NCBI GenBank assembly: GCA_002714425.1
Contig: PAXI01000005.1
Coordinates: 100,877 to 164,876 of the forward strand
Reading direction: 5' to 3'
DNA length: 64,000 bases
Origin: Chloroflexota bacterium
Lineage (GTDB): Bacteria > Chloroflexota > Dehalococcoidia > Lucifugimonadales > Lucifugimonadaceae
Shown here: in pieces, positions 39,211 through 48,114 of the stretch
Numbering within the stretch: the first letter of the stretch is position 1
Layout of the letters: the number at the start of each line of letters is the position of its first letter
Notes under the pieces: generated by a model
Told to the model about the DNA's origin: nothing
The model's input: only the letters and a program-made list of their open reading frames with translations
Database searches by the model: none
Translations under genes and position numbers: made by a program

Positions 39211-39242
39211 AGTATCATTTTACAGTAAAAAAACTACTGTGT

Positions 39243-40079
39243 CTAATAACCTGAATTAGACCTATAAGTAATCATCATTATAAAAATCAACACTAAAAAT
39301 AATGCTAAAAAGGCTTTCAAATAAATGTTTGTTATCAGTTTATAAATAATTCTATTTACTACTGACGATCTTTCAAATGAACCGTATATATGAATTCCAT
39401 TATTATGTTTGGGCATTATTAGTAAAGATATAATTAATCCGGATAGAATCCCACCTAAATGGGCAGCATTATCAATTCCCGACGAAATAAATCCAAAAAT
39501 CAAAGAAATTGATATTATGGTAATTATTGATATTAGATATTCCTTTGCTATATAACCAAACATATTTTTATTAAGATAAAAATATGTTAGCAAAGAGGCA
39601 AGAACTCCAAATACAGATCCACTTGAGCCTACTCCAAGGTAAGGGCTAAAATAAAAACTAAAAGTATTGCCATAAATTCCTGATAAAACATAGATAGCGA
39701 CAAACTTCATTGAACCTAGTTTTTTTTCAATAATTGATCCAAAAACTAAAATACCAAATAAATTTGTAACAAGATGAAAAATATCAGCGTGTAAAAAAAT
39801 CGGAGTTAGCAGTCTCCAAAATTCACCATTTATTATTCCATAACTCGATTTAGCTCCAATTTCTATTATTTTTCCATCAAGCAACAAGTCTAATAATAAA
39901 ACTAAAATATTTACTGAAGCAAGCAATATTGTTATAGGACACTCTTTTCTACTTAGAGAAATGTTGAAAATTCCACTGCCACTTGACTGATAATTATAAT
40001 TACGAACATAATTACCCTTACAATCTACACAAGTACAGTAAGGGGGGCATTCATCACTATATTGTCTATTTGAAGGCAT
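39243..40079 (-). CDS. Rhomboid intramembrane serine protease with N-terminal Cys4 motif
   Basis: FWRLLT, HADIFHLVTN, catalytic GSSG and AAHLGG. Confidence 0.94.
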   Translation of the reverse strand: MPSNRQYSDECPPYCTCVDCKGNYVRNYNYQSSGSGIFNISLSRKECPITILLASVNILVLLLDLLLDGKIIEIGAKSSYGIINGEFWRLLTPIFLHADIFHLVTNLFGILVFGSIIEKKLGSMKFVAIYVLSGIYGNTFSFYFSPYLGVGSSGSVFGVLASLLTYFYLNKNMFGYIAKEYLISIITIISISLIFGFISSGIDNAAHLGGILSGLIISLLIMPKHNNGIHIYGSFERSSVVNRIIYKLITNIYLKAFLALFLVLIFIMMITYRSNSGY

Positions 40080-40932
40080 TTTCTGCCTGAATAATATCTA
40101 TTTTTGGCATTGCATCTATAATATTGTTTTCTACTGAAAGTTCGTACAACTTTGACAATGCTTCCCTACCCTGCTCTCCCATATCAATAGTATCTTCATT
40201 TACATACATATTTATAAATTTCTTTATATTCTCATTACTTTCATCCAGAGAAGAAATTTTTTTTGAATATTGGATTGCATCATCCATATTTTCTAAAGCA
40301 TACTTAATGCTAGCTAGTGAAACATTTGCTATGTCTTTACATAATTTTTCATCTAACTGTCTACAAACTACATCTAAGCCCAAAGGCAATGGCAAGCCAG
40401 TTTCTTGGTACCAAGACTCTCCTAGATTTAATACTAAATTAAAACCTCTTTTTTCATATAATATTTGGCCCTCATGAAGTAAAATTCCAAGTTGCGCTTC
40501 ACCACTTTTTACTGTTTTTTCAACATCATCAAAATCAACAAATAATGGCGTGCAGTTTATTTTGGCAAAAATTCTAAATAGTGCCCAAGATGTTGTATCT
40601 TTGCCTGGAACTGCTATTTTGGATCCTTCATATTCATTAATAACGGAATTAGTTTTTGTCGAAACTACTACAGGACCATAATTTCTTCCCATAGAAGAAC
40701 CACAAGACATGATCCTATATTTGTCAGATACTGACGGATATTTTGAGGCAGAAATGGCCGTAACCTGATAAATATTCTTTTCAGAAATTGAATTTAGAGT
40801 TTCAATATCTGCCATGTAATGATCGATTGAGTAACCAGGAATACTAAATTTACCTTTGGCAATCCCGTAATACATGAATGCATCATCAGAGTCAGGACTA
40901 TGTGCAAAAATTAATTTTTTATCTGATAGCAT
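40066..40932 (-). CDS. mqnD: 1,4-dihydroxy-6-naphthoate synthase
   Basis: HSPDSDDAFM, DIETLN, YGP, PG..TTS, LHEGQ, PLPLG, YVN; ATG at 40932. Confidence 0.93.
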   Translation of the reverse strand: MLSDKKLIFAHSPDSDDAFMYYGIAKGKFSIPGYSIDHYMADIETLNSISEKNIYQVTAISASKYPSVSDKYRIMSCGSSMGRNYGPVVVSTKTNSVINEYEGSKIAVPGKDTTSWALFRIFAKINCTPLFVDFDDVEKTVKSGEAQLGILLHEGQILYEKRGFNLVLNLGESWYQETGLPLPLGLDVVCRQLDEKLCKDIANVSLASIKYALENMDDAIQYSKKISSLDESNENIKKFINMYVNEDTIDMGEQGREALSKLYELSVENNIIDAMPKIDIIQAENAFK

Positions 40933-42040
40933 TCTCTGTTTCTTTCTTTGGAACAATTTCATAGTTTGTTAATCTCTCTGTCGGAATAAAACCAGCTTCC
41001 GAAATCATATCTTTTATCTCATCTTCTGTTGTCCTATTATAAAAACCAGCAGCTAACATTACATTTTCATCAAATAGTGTTCCTCCAAAATCATCTGCAC
41101 CAAACCTCAACGCAATTTGTCCAGTTTTTTTCCCTTCTGAAAACCAAGATGCCTGTATATGAGGTATGTTATCCAGCATGATTCTAGAAACAGCTATAAT
41201 TCTAAGATATTCATTTGGCCCAGATTCTTGCGATACTTTTTTTGCTAGCGCTGTATTGTCTTTTTTATAAGACCAAGGAATGAATGCAGTAAAACCGCCA
41301 TTATTACCATTTTGTAAAGCGTCATCCTGAACCAATCTTATGTGATCTAAAGATTCTATGACATGATGCATTTTTTCAACATGCCCATACATCATGGTTG
41401 CAGTAGTCTTAAAGCCTACACTATGTGCTGCTCTATGAACTTCTGTCCATTGATCAATAGTATTTTTCGGCTTGAATCTAGAAATTTCAGACTTTACTTC
41501 ATTCGATAAAATTTCTGACCCCCCTCCAGGCATAGATCTTTGGCCTGCGTCCCATAGAGATTTGAAAACTTCCTTGTATGACATTTCTCCTACCTCAGAC
41601 ATTCTTATAATTTCTGGAGCTGACCAAAAGTGAGGTGTTATATTAGGAAATCGTTTTTTTGTCTCTTTGACCATATCAATATAATAATCAAAAGATAAAT
41701 TACTATTTAAACCTCCTTGCATTAGCACAGTTCTCACTCCATTTTTTTCTGCTCTTGAAATTTTATCCATAATTTGGTCAACAGTGTATGTATATGCAGA
41801 GGGATCGTTTTCATCAGTTCTATAGAATGCACAAAAAGAGCAATATGCATCACAAATATTTGTATAATTTAGATTAGTATCTACGACATATGTGACATTA
41901 TTTTTAGGGTTATGTTTTGTTCTCCAATAATTAGCAAGTGGTATTAAATCTAATAATTCAGATTCCTTGAGTAGCCAAATTCCTTCTTCTATACTTATTC
42001 TTTCAGAGTTAAATATTTTTTTTGAAATTTTACTTAGCAT
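40919..42040 (-). CDS. mqnC: Cyclic dehypoxanthine futalosine synthase (radical SAM)
   Basis: NYTNICDAYCSFCAF, LMQGG, MPGGGSEIL, TATMMYGHVE, FIPWS, HIQASW, FGADDFG. Confidence 0.92.
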   Translation of the reverse strand: MLSKISKKIFNSERISIEEGIWLLKESELLDLIPLANYWRTKHNPKNNVTYVVDTNLNYTNICDAYCSFCAFYRTDENDPSAYTYTVDQIMDKISRAEKNGVRTVLMQGGLNSNLSFDYYIDMVKETKKRFPNITPHFWSAPEIIRMSEVGEMSYKEVFKSLWDAGQRSMPGGGSEILSNEVKSEISRFKPKNTIDQWTEVHRAAHSVGFKTTATMMYGHVEKMHHVIESLDHIRLVQDDALQNGNNGGFTAFIPWSYKKDNTALAKKVSQESGPNEYLRIIAVSRIMLDNIPHIQASWFSEGKKTGQIALRFGADDFGGTLFDENVMLAAGFYNRTTEDEIKDMISEAGFIPTERLTNYEIVPKKETENAIR

Positions 42041-42050
42041 ATTTTTTCCC

Positions 42051-42836
42051 CTAGTATAAAGAATCCCATATATTCAAAGTTTCTAACCTTTTCCTAAATT
42101 CTAACTGGCCTTTTCTACACTCATCATCAAGTATATAGGTAAAATTACGAATATAACTAATTATCTCATTTTTATCAAAAAAATGACCAGAAAAATTTCG
42201 AGCTAACTTATCTAAATTCTTATTACTTAATTTTATACTATTTTTTATATTTTCTGAAAGAATATCTGATTCTTCTAGAGAGCTTTGATTTGAAACCCAT
42301 TCAGCAAAAACAAAGGGTAATCCTGTTAATTCTTTCCAAATCAATGCCAAGTCACAAGCAATTTTATACAAACCAGATTTTTTAGCTTCTATTGCAGGAT
42401 CTCCAATTACTAAAGATGCATCATGGGGAGAACCTTCCTTAACAAACTCATAATTTTCTAATGACCAATAATCTCTTAAAAGAATTCTAAGTAGTTGAAC
42501 TGAAGTAGCTGAGTGAGATGTTACTGCGAAAATTATTTTTTTCTTTCTAAATTTTAATTTAGAAATACTAATATCTGAAAAAACAAAAACACTTTTGGCA
42601 TCATTTTTACAAGCAACTCCAATATTTGATAAAGGGGTTATTTTTTCTCCCAACCTAATAATTTCTGCATAAGGTATAGGGCCTGCAAAAATTTTATTTT
42701 CTTCTATAGATTTTGCCATCTCTCTAGGTGTGTATGGATGGAAAGAATATTTACTTTCGGATAGATTGGAATAAAAAACAGCAGAATTAAGGTAAGTCAT
42801 ATGACCCAATTTAATTTGCTTGCTAGGTTTATTCAT
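42051..42836 (-). CDS. mqnA: Chorismate dehydratase (futalosine pathway)
   Basis: YLN, SVFVFS, SATSV, IGDPA, DL..W..LTGLPFVFA.W; ATG at 42836 coupled to the mqnE stop. Confidence 0.9.
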   Translation of the reverse strand: MNKPSKQIKLGHMTYLNSAVFYSNLSESKYSFHPYTPREMAKSIEENKIFAGPIPYAEIIRLGEKITPLSNIGVACKNDAKSVFVFSDISISKLKFRKKKIIFAVTSHSATSVQLLRILLRDYWSLENYEFVKEGSPHDASLVIGDPAIEAKKSGLYKIACDLALIWKELTGLPFVFAEWVSNQSSLEESDILSENIKNSIKLSNKNLDKLARNFSGHFFDKNEIISYIRNFTYILDDECRKGQLEFRKRLETLNIWDSLY

Positions 42837-43950
42837 ATACCTTAATTTCATTATATAGTGCATCTCTTTCCACTGGTATTCTTCTAGCTTCTTTAATAGA
42901 TGCAACCATTTTTGCCTTTGCTACACCTGCAGGAGATTCTGCTAAAGCAGCATGAGCTATTCTTTCTTTACCAATGGTACCGTCCAAGTCATTAGCCCCG
43001 AAGTTTAGCCCAATACTTGCCGTAGCCTCCCCAAGCATAACCCAGTAGGCTTTAACATACTTAATGTTATCAAGCATTAGCCTTGCTACTGAAATCATTT
43101 TCAAGTCATCCATAGGAGGCGTGTGTCTAGGACGAAGTTTTGTCATGCCTATTTGATATTCTAGAGGTATAAATGCTAAAAACCCACCTGTTTCGTCTTG
43201 AATTTCTCGCAACCTGATTAAGTGATCGATTCTTTCTTCATAATTTTCAACATGGCCATACAAGAGTGTACAGTTTGTAGGGATACCCATATTGTGAGCT
43301 ATTTTATGTATATCTGCCCATCTATCAGCATTAGCCTTCCCAGGTAACAACATTTTATGAACTCTAGACGAAAATACTTCAGCTCCACCACCAGGCATTG
43401 ATTGAAGACCTGCTTCTTTTAGTATGGCTAAGGATTCTTCTGGAGGAACCTTCCATCTTCTTTGAAAATAGTCTATTTCAGATGCGGTAAAGCCTTTTAT
43501 TTGCACACTTGGATTTTTTTTGTGTATTTCTCTCACCATCTCAACATAATATTCAAAAGGCCATTTTGGATGATGGCCGCCTACAATATGTATTTCATGA
43601 ATTTCATCATCAACATGGTCAAGAATTTCTTCCATGTTCATAGCATAAGCACCCTCTTCACCAGGTTTTTTTGCAAAATCACAAAATTTACAACTTAATA
43701 CACAAATATTCGTTGGATTGAGTTGCCTATTAAGTACAAAATAAACCTTATCACCAGTAACTCTTTTTTTTGCAAAATCTGCAATTCGACCAATTGCGGA
43801 TAAATCATCTGATTCAAAAAGCTTTATTCCATCTGACATGGTCAATCTTTCATGATTTTGAACTTTATCCCAAACAGCAAACAAATTTTTGTCCGTAATG
43901 TTAATTTCTATTGATAAATTCGGTTGAGCTAATTTGTGTAAAGATGCCAA
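42829..43950 (-). CDS. mqnE: Aminofutalosine synthase (radical SAM)
   Basis: NPTNICVLSCKFCDF, EIHIVGG, MPGGGAEVF, KAYWVM, GTIGKERIAHAA, PVERDALY. Confidence 0.93.
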   Translation of the reverse strand: MASLHKLAQPNLSIEINITDKNLFAVWDKVQNHERLTMSDGIKLFESDDLSAIGRIADFAKKRVTGDKVYFVLNRQLNPTNICVLSCKFCDFAKKPGEEGAYAMNMEEILDHVDDEIHEIHIVGGHHPKWPFEYYVEMVREIHKKNPSVQIKGFTASEIDYFQRRWKVPPEESLAILKEAGLQSMPGGGAEVFSSRVHKMLLPGKANADRWADIHKIAHNMGIPTNCTLLYGHVENYEERIDHLIRLREIQDETGGFLAFIPLEYQIGMTKLRPRHTPPMDDLKMISVARLMLDNIKYVKAYWVMLGEATASIGLNFGANDLDGTIGKERIAHAALAESPAGVAKAKMVASIKEARRIPVERDALYNEIKVYE

Positions 43951-45689
43951 TTCTTATCTACTTTCTTAATTATATCTTCGCTCATTACTAGTGGCTTTTG
44001 GTAGCCTTCTTTCCATGTTGCATCAATTCCCATAACCCCAGAATAAACTGGCGCTATATTTACAAATTTCGAATTTGAGAACATAACATCCCTTACAGCA
44101 TCAAAGCGCGTAAAAATTCCCCAAATAAGATTTTCATCATCATATATATCTACATCATCTGAAACAACCACTATTAATTTTATTTTACTTAATAATGGAT
44201 TTTCCAGTGCAGAAATTAGAGTATCTCTTCCATTATTTTTTGTCGCTATAACTAATAATGTGTTTGAGATAAACCTATGTGCATATACATTGGGAATAAT
44301 ATCTTTCAGATTCCCAGGTAAAGGAATAGCACCAAAATTATTGTCAACATTTTTTCCAGAGGTTGCATCAAGAATCATTTTTGAACCTCTATTTATTGTT
44401 CCACTTGTGAAATCTAAGGTATCTGCTGCTGTTTTAGACAATAAATGGAAGCCAGATTCTGGATTAAAGTTTTTTCTAAAAGATTGCAAAACTTCTTTAT
44501 AATTTTTTGGATTAACATTATGGTCAACAAGTATAAGAGTTTTAGTTAATGATAATTGGCCTTCACCTAACAAACCTAGTGCAGTCTTCAATGGTTCTTG
44601 TTCATACCTATTATCCACAGAAACCACCAATAAATTATGAAAACCAGCTTCATAATATGCCCACATATCAACAACATCTTTTCTAATAATTTTTATTAGC
44701 GGAGTTAATGCCAATTGAGCTGCATCACCAAGAAACTTATCTTCCTGAGGCGGTTTGCCAACAACAGTTGCTGGGTATACTGGATTTTTTCTAGAGGTGA
44801 TGCTAGTAATTTCAAAAACAGGATGATCATCTGCCTGCGAGTAGTGACCAAAATGATCACCAAAAGGGCCTTCTAATCTTCGAACTCCAGGCTGGAGTCT
44901 ACCTTCAAAAATAAATTCAGCATTTGCTGGAACATTCAAGTCAACAGATTTAGCTTTTGTAATAGGAGTCCTTATACCTCTTACTATTCCTGAGAAAGCT
45001 ACTTCGTCTAAGCCTTCAGGGAGAGGCATTATAGAGGCTAAAATTAGACTCGGGTCTCCTCCTACAGCTACAGCCATATCTAGTGGTTGATTTAATTTTT
45101 CTGCATTTTGATAATGAAAGCCCCCTCCTTTTTGAATTTGCATATGCATACCTGTAGTAAGAGAATCGTAAACTTGCATCCTGTACATACCCATGTTCAT
45201 TGTATTATCCTTAGGATCTTTTGATACAACTAATGGGAGTGTTATGAATCTTCCACCGTCTTCAGGCCAACATTTCAAAACTGGGATTTGGTCAAGATTA
45301 TATTTATTTTCCTCCTGTTGAACAATTGCACCTCTAACTTTTTTTGGTCTAATTTTCAAAAGCCTCCATAAAGTTTTTTTATTCCTCCAAAAAGATGATA
45401 TTTTGGGAGGATTTATGTCTTGAACGAATGATAATATTTCCTCGCCTAATTCTTCTGGAGGTCTTCCTATAGCAATCTCTAATCTTTTCATGCTAGCCAT
45501 AGAGTTAATTACTAACGGTACATTCGAGCCAATAACATTTTCGAATACAATTGCCGGGCCTTCTTGCTTAACTGCGCGTATAGCAATTTCTGTAACTTCT
45601 AATTCAGGATCTACTGGTTCAGTAACTCTAATAAGTTCACCTTGTTTTTCAAGTTCAAATATGAAAGATTGAAAATCAGTAAAAGACAA
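43929..45689 (-). CDS. ubiD: UbiD-family decarboxylase (menaquinone, MqnL-type)
   Basis: DGGRFIT, NMGMYR, EGPFGDHFGHY, GKPPQED, DATWK; within the mqn operon. Confidence 0.93.
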   Translation of the reverse strand: MSFTDFQSFIFELEKQGELIRVTEPVDPELEVTEIAIRAVKQEGPAIVFENVIGSNVPLVINSMASMKRLEIAIGRPPEELGEEILSFVQDINPPKISSFWRNKKTLWRLLKIRPKKVRGAIVQQEENKYNLDQIPVLKCWPEDGGRFITLPLVVSKDPKDNTMNMGMYRMQVYDSLTTGMHMQIQKGGGFHYQNAEKLNQPLDMAVAVGGDPSLILASIMPLPEGLDEVAFSGIVRGIRTPITKAKSVDLNVPANAEFIFEGRLQPGVRRLEGPFGDHFGHYSQADDHPVFEITSITSRKNPVYPATVVGKPPQEDKFLGDAAQLALTPLIKIIRKDVVDMWAYYEAGFHNLLVVSVDNRYEQEPLKTALGLLGEGQLSLTKTLILVDHNVNPKNYKEVLQSFRKNFNPESGFHLLSKTAADTLDFTSGTINRGSKMILDATSGKNVDNNFGAIPLPGNLKDIIPNVYAHRFISNTLLVIATKNNGRDTLISALENPLLSKIKLIVVVSDDVDIYDDENLIWGIFTRFDAVRDVMFSNSKFVNIAPVYSGVMGIDATWKEGYQKPLVMSEDIIKKVDKNWHLYTN

Positions 45690-45693
45690 TTAT

Positions 45694-46314
45694 TTATTCT
45701 CCTTTATTTACACCTAGCCACGGTTTTAATAATTTATTTTCAAATCCTAATAAAGATAGTATTCTACCAGCAACAGTATCAACAAGATCAGAAATACTTT
45801 TAGGCTTATGGTAGAAACCTGGTGAAGCTGGCAAAATAATACCTCCGGCTTCTGTAATTGAGGTCATATTTTTTAGATGAACAAGACTAATTGGCATTTC
45901 TCTAGGAACAATAATCAATCTTTTCCTTTCCTTTAGACATACATCTGCAGCTCTTTCTATGAGGCCATTTGAAATACCATTTGCTACTCTACCAATAGTT
46001 CCACCTGAACATGGAACGATGGCCATACCTGTAACTGGATATGACCCTGAGGCAATGGGCGCAGAAACATCTTTAGAATTGTATATTTCAAGAGACCCTT
46101 TGGGCTTGTTAACCTCTGACCAAGCTAGTAGTGTATCGTATGTGTTTTCAAGCTTATTATCTAGTAAAATCCCCTCTTCAACTTCGAGAACTTTTCTACC
46201 TGCATCAGATACCACAACCTTTATTTCATGCTCAGAAAGTAATAATTGCTGTAGGACTCTCCTAGTGTAAGGAACACCACTAGAACCAGATATTGCTAAA
46301 GTGTATATGCTCAT
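45694..46314 (-). CDS. ubiX: Flavin prenyltransferase
   Basis: SGSSG, ASGS, PCSGGT, RAADVCLKERK, PREMP, PASPGFYH. Confidence 0.96.
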   Translation of the reverse strand: MSIYTLAISGSSGVPYTRRVLQQLLLSEHEIKVVVSDAGRKVLEVEEGILLDNKLENTYDTLLAWSEVNKPKGSLEIYNSKDVSAPIASGSYPVTGMAIVPCSGGTIGRVANGISNGLIERAADVCLKERKRLIIVPREMPISLVHLKNMTSITEAGGIILPASPGFYHKPKSISDLVDTVAGRILSLLGFENKLLKPWLGVNKGE

Positions 46315-47186
46315 AAGTTAAGTACTTCTCCTAGAATTACAAAAATACCAAAAACAAAAGATATCACACCATTCATTGTAAAAAATGCCATGTTTAATTT
46401 CTTTAAATTTTTATGCGAAATAAGTGATTGTTCATAAATTAGTAAAATTTTTGTGCAGATTACACCAATAAAAAATAATAAGCCTGCTCCTAATACTATG
46501 CCCGCTAAAAACAACATTGCCACTGAAATAGCATGACATACTCTTGAAATATTCAAAGATTTTTTTATCCCAAATTTTGCAGGTATAGAGTATATATTTT
46601 GCTTGATATCAACTTCAAGATCATTAATGGCATATAAAATATCGAAGCCTACAACCCATAACATTGCCCCAATCCCTAAAAATAATATCCCAGGTGAAAT
46701 ATTACCATTTATAGCCACTTCAACAGCCGACGGGACTATTAAATACACGATTCCTAGACCAAAATGTGCTAACCATGTAAATCTCTTAAGGTATGGATAA
46801 ATAATCATTACAGCAATGGGTATTGGTGAATATTTCACCGCTGAAGAATGCAAATTAAAAACTGCTATTACAAATAAAATCAAACTGAGACTTGTGAAAA
46901 ATAACATTTGATTTAGGCTTATTAAGCCCTTAGGCAATGCTCGGTTACTCGTCCTGGGATTTTTGGAATCTATTTCTTTATCGATTATGCGATTTGTACC
47001 CATGCCAAATGTTCTCATAGATACCATAGCAATTATTATCCAGAAAAAGGTAGCAAAATTTGGACTCCCTTCGGAAACGATAAAAAGCGTTAGCAAGGCA
47101 AAGGGAAGAGCAAAAATAGAATGCTCAAGTTTTATTGCTTCAGAATAAACCTTAAAATTCTCGGACAATGTTTTTAAATATGACAT
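46311..47186 (-). CDS. ubiA: UbiA-family polyprenyltransferase (MqnP-type)
   Basis: EHSIFALPFA, NRIIDKEIDSKNPRT..R, YPYLKRFT, FDILYA..D, AFFTMNG. Confidence 0.94.
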   Translation of the reverse strand: MSYLKTLSENFKVYSEAIKLEHSIFALPFALLTLFIVSEGSPNFATFFWIIIAMVSMRTFGMGTNRIIDKEIDSKNPRTSNRALPKGLISLNQMLFFTSLSLILFVIAVFNLHSSAVKYSPIPIAVMIIYPYLKRFTWLAHFGLGIVYLIVPSAVEVAINGNISPGILFLGIGAMLWVVGFDILYAINDLEVDIKQNIYSIPAKFGIKKSLNISRVCHAISVAMLFLAGIVLGAGLLFFIGVICTKILLIYEQSLISHKNLKKLNMAFFTMNGVISFVFGIFVILGEVLNL

Positions 47187-47271
47187 GTATTACTCTTAGC
47201 GAATTTTTGAAAAAAATAAAAATCTGCTTATAATTAATTGTAGCTTCTTGAAAAATATATGCAATTTTATT

Positions 47272-48114
47272 ATGAGTAAAAACTTAGAAAACAAACCGAA
47301 AAAATTTAGAATTATTACTGAAGGTATTATCAATCCTGAAGGTCCTGTTCTTGGACCTGATGGAAATATTTACTTTGTTAGTGCCGAAGAGTCCAATATT
47401 TATATGATTGACAACCAAAACAAGGTTTCATCTATAGGAAAAACAAATGGTAGACCTAATGGGCTAGCTTTTAATTCAAATGGTGAATTATTTATTGCTG
47501 ATGCTGGACATAAGGCAATTCTCAAAATGAGAAATGGTAAATTTGATGTTTTTGTTGATGAATACGATGGATCAAGGCTAGGAGGGCCAAATGATTTATG
47601 CTTTCTGCCCAATGGCAACTTGTTATTTACAGACCCTGTTAGAAAACCATTACCAGACCCTTCTATAAGTCCAATATACAGCGCTGAGCAAGTATCAGGT
47701 AAAGTAAAAGTTTTTGCCAATGATCTTGCATATCCAAATGGTATTGAGTTATCTAATGACAAAAAAAATGTCTTTGTTTCTGAAAGCCGGGCAAATAGAT
47801 TAGTATCTTTCTTAATTGACGAAGAAGGTAATTTATTAGATCAAAAATTGATTAGAAGATTTAGAGACCCAGGACATCCTGATGGCCTAGCTATTGATTC
47901 AAATGGCGATATACTCCAAACTTTACCTGGAATAAGATCAATATGCTATCTAGATCAAAAAGGAAAAATGAAGAATTTATATCACATACCAGATTGGAGT
48001 CCTTCAAATATAGCATTTGGCGGTAAAAACCTAGACCAAGTGTTTGTTTGTGGTGGTTCAAAAAATGTTATCTATTCTTTTATACATGAAGTTCCTGGCA
48101 GGAAAATTTTATAA
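47272..48114 (+). CDS. SMP-30/gluconolactonase/LRE family beta-propeller
   Basis: PEGP, PNGL, PND, YPNGI, PDGLAID, SNIAFGG. Confidence 0.92.
   Translation: MSKNLENKPKKFRIITEGIINPEGPVLGPDGNIYFVSAEESNIYMIDNQNKVSSIGKTNGRPNGLAFNSNGELFIADAGHKAILKMRNGKFDVFVDEYDGSRLGGPNDLCFLPNGNLLFTDPVRKPLPDPSISPIYSAEQVSGKVKVFANDLAYPNGIELSNDKKNVFVSESRANRLVSFLIDEEGNLLDQKLIRRFRDPGHPDGLAIDSNGDILQTLPGIRSICYLDQKGKMKNLYHIPDWSPSNIAFGGKNLDQVFVCGGSKNVIYSFIHEVPGRKIL

Noticed and set aside
33440..39240. Integrative element or prophage at ssrA
   Set aside because: No integrase or transposase, and I saw no duplicate of the tmRNA 3' end in the window
42837..42905. Longer ORF-track starts for mqnA (also mqnD, mutL, znuA, the 58191 aldolase and hisC)
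   Set aside because: The extensions overlap upstream genes and lack family similarity; downstream starts show SD sequences or stop-start coupling
40919..43950. CofH/FO synthase (F420) assignment for the two radical SAM genes
   Set aside because: HIQASW and KAYW motifs and the flanking mqnA/mqnD/ubiD/ubiX/ubiA genes indicate MqnC and MqnE
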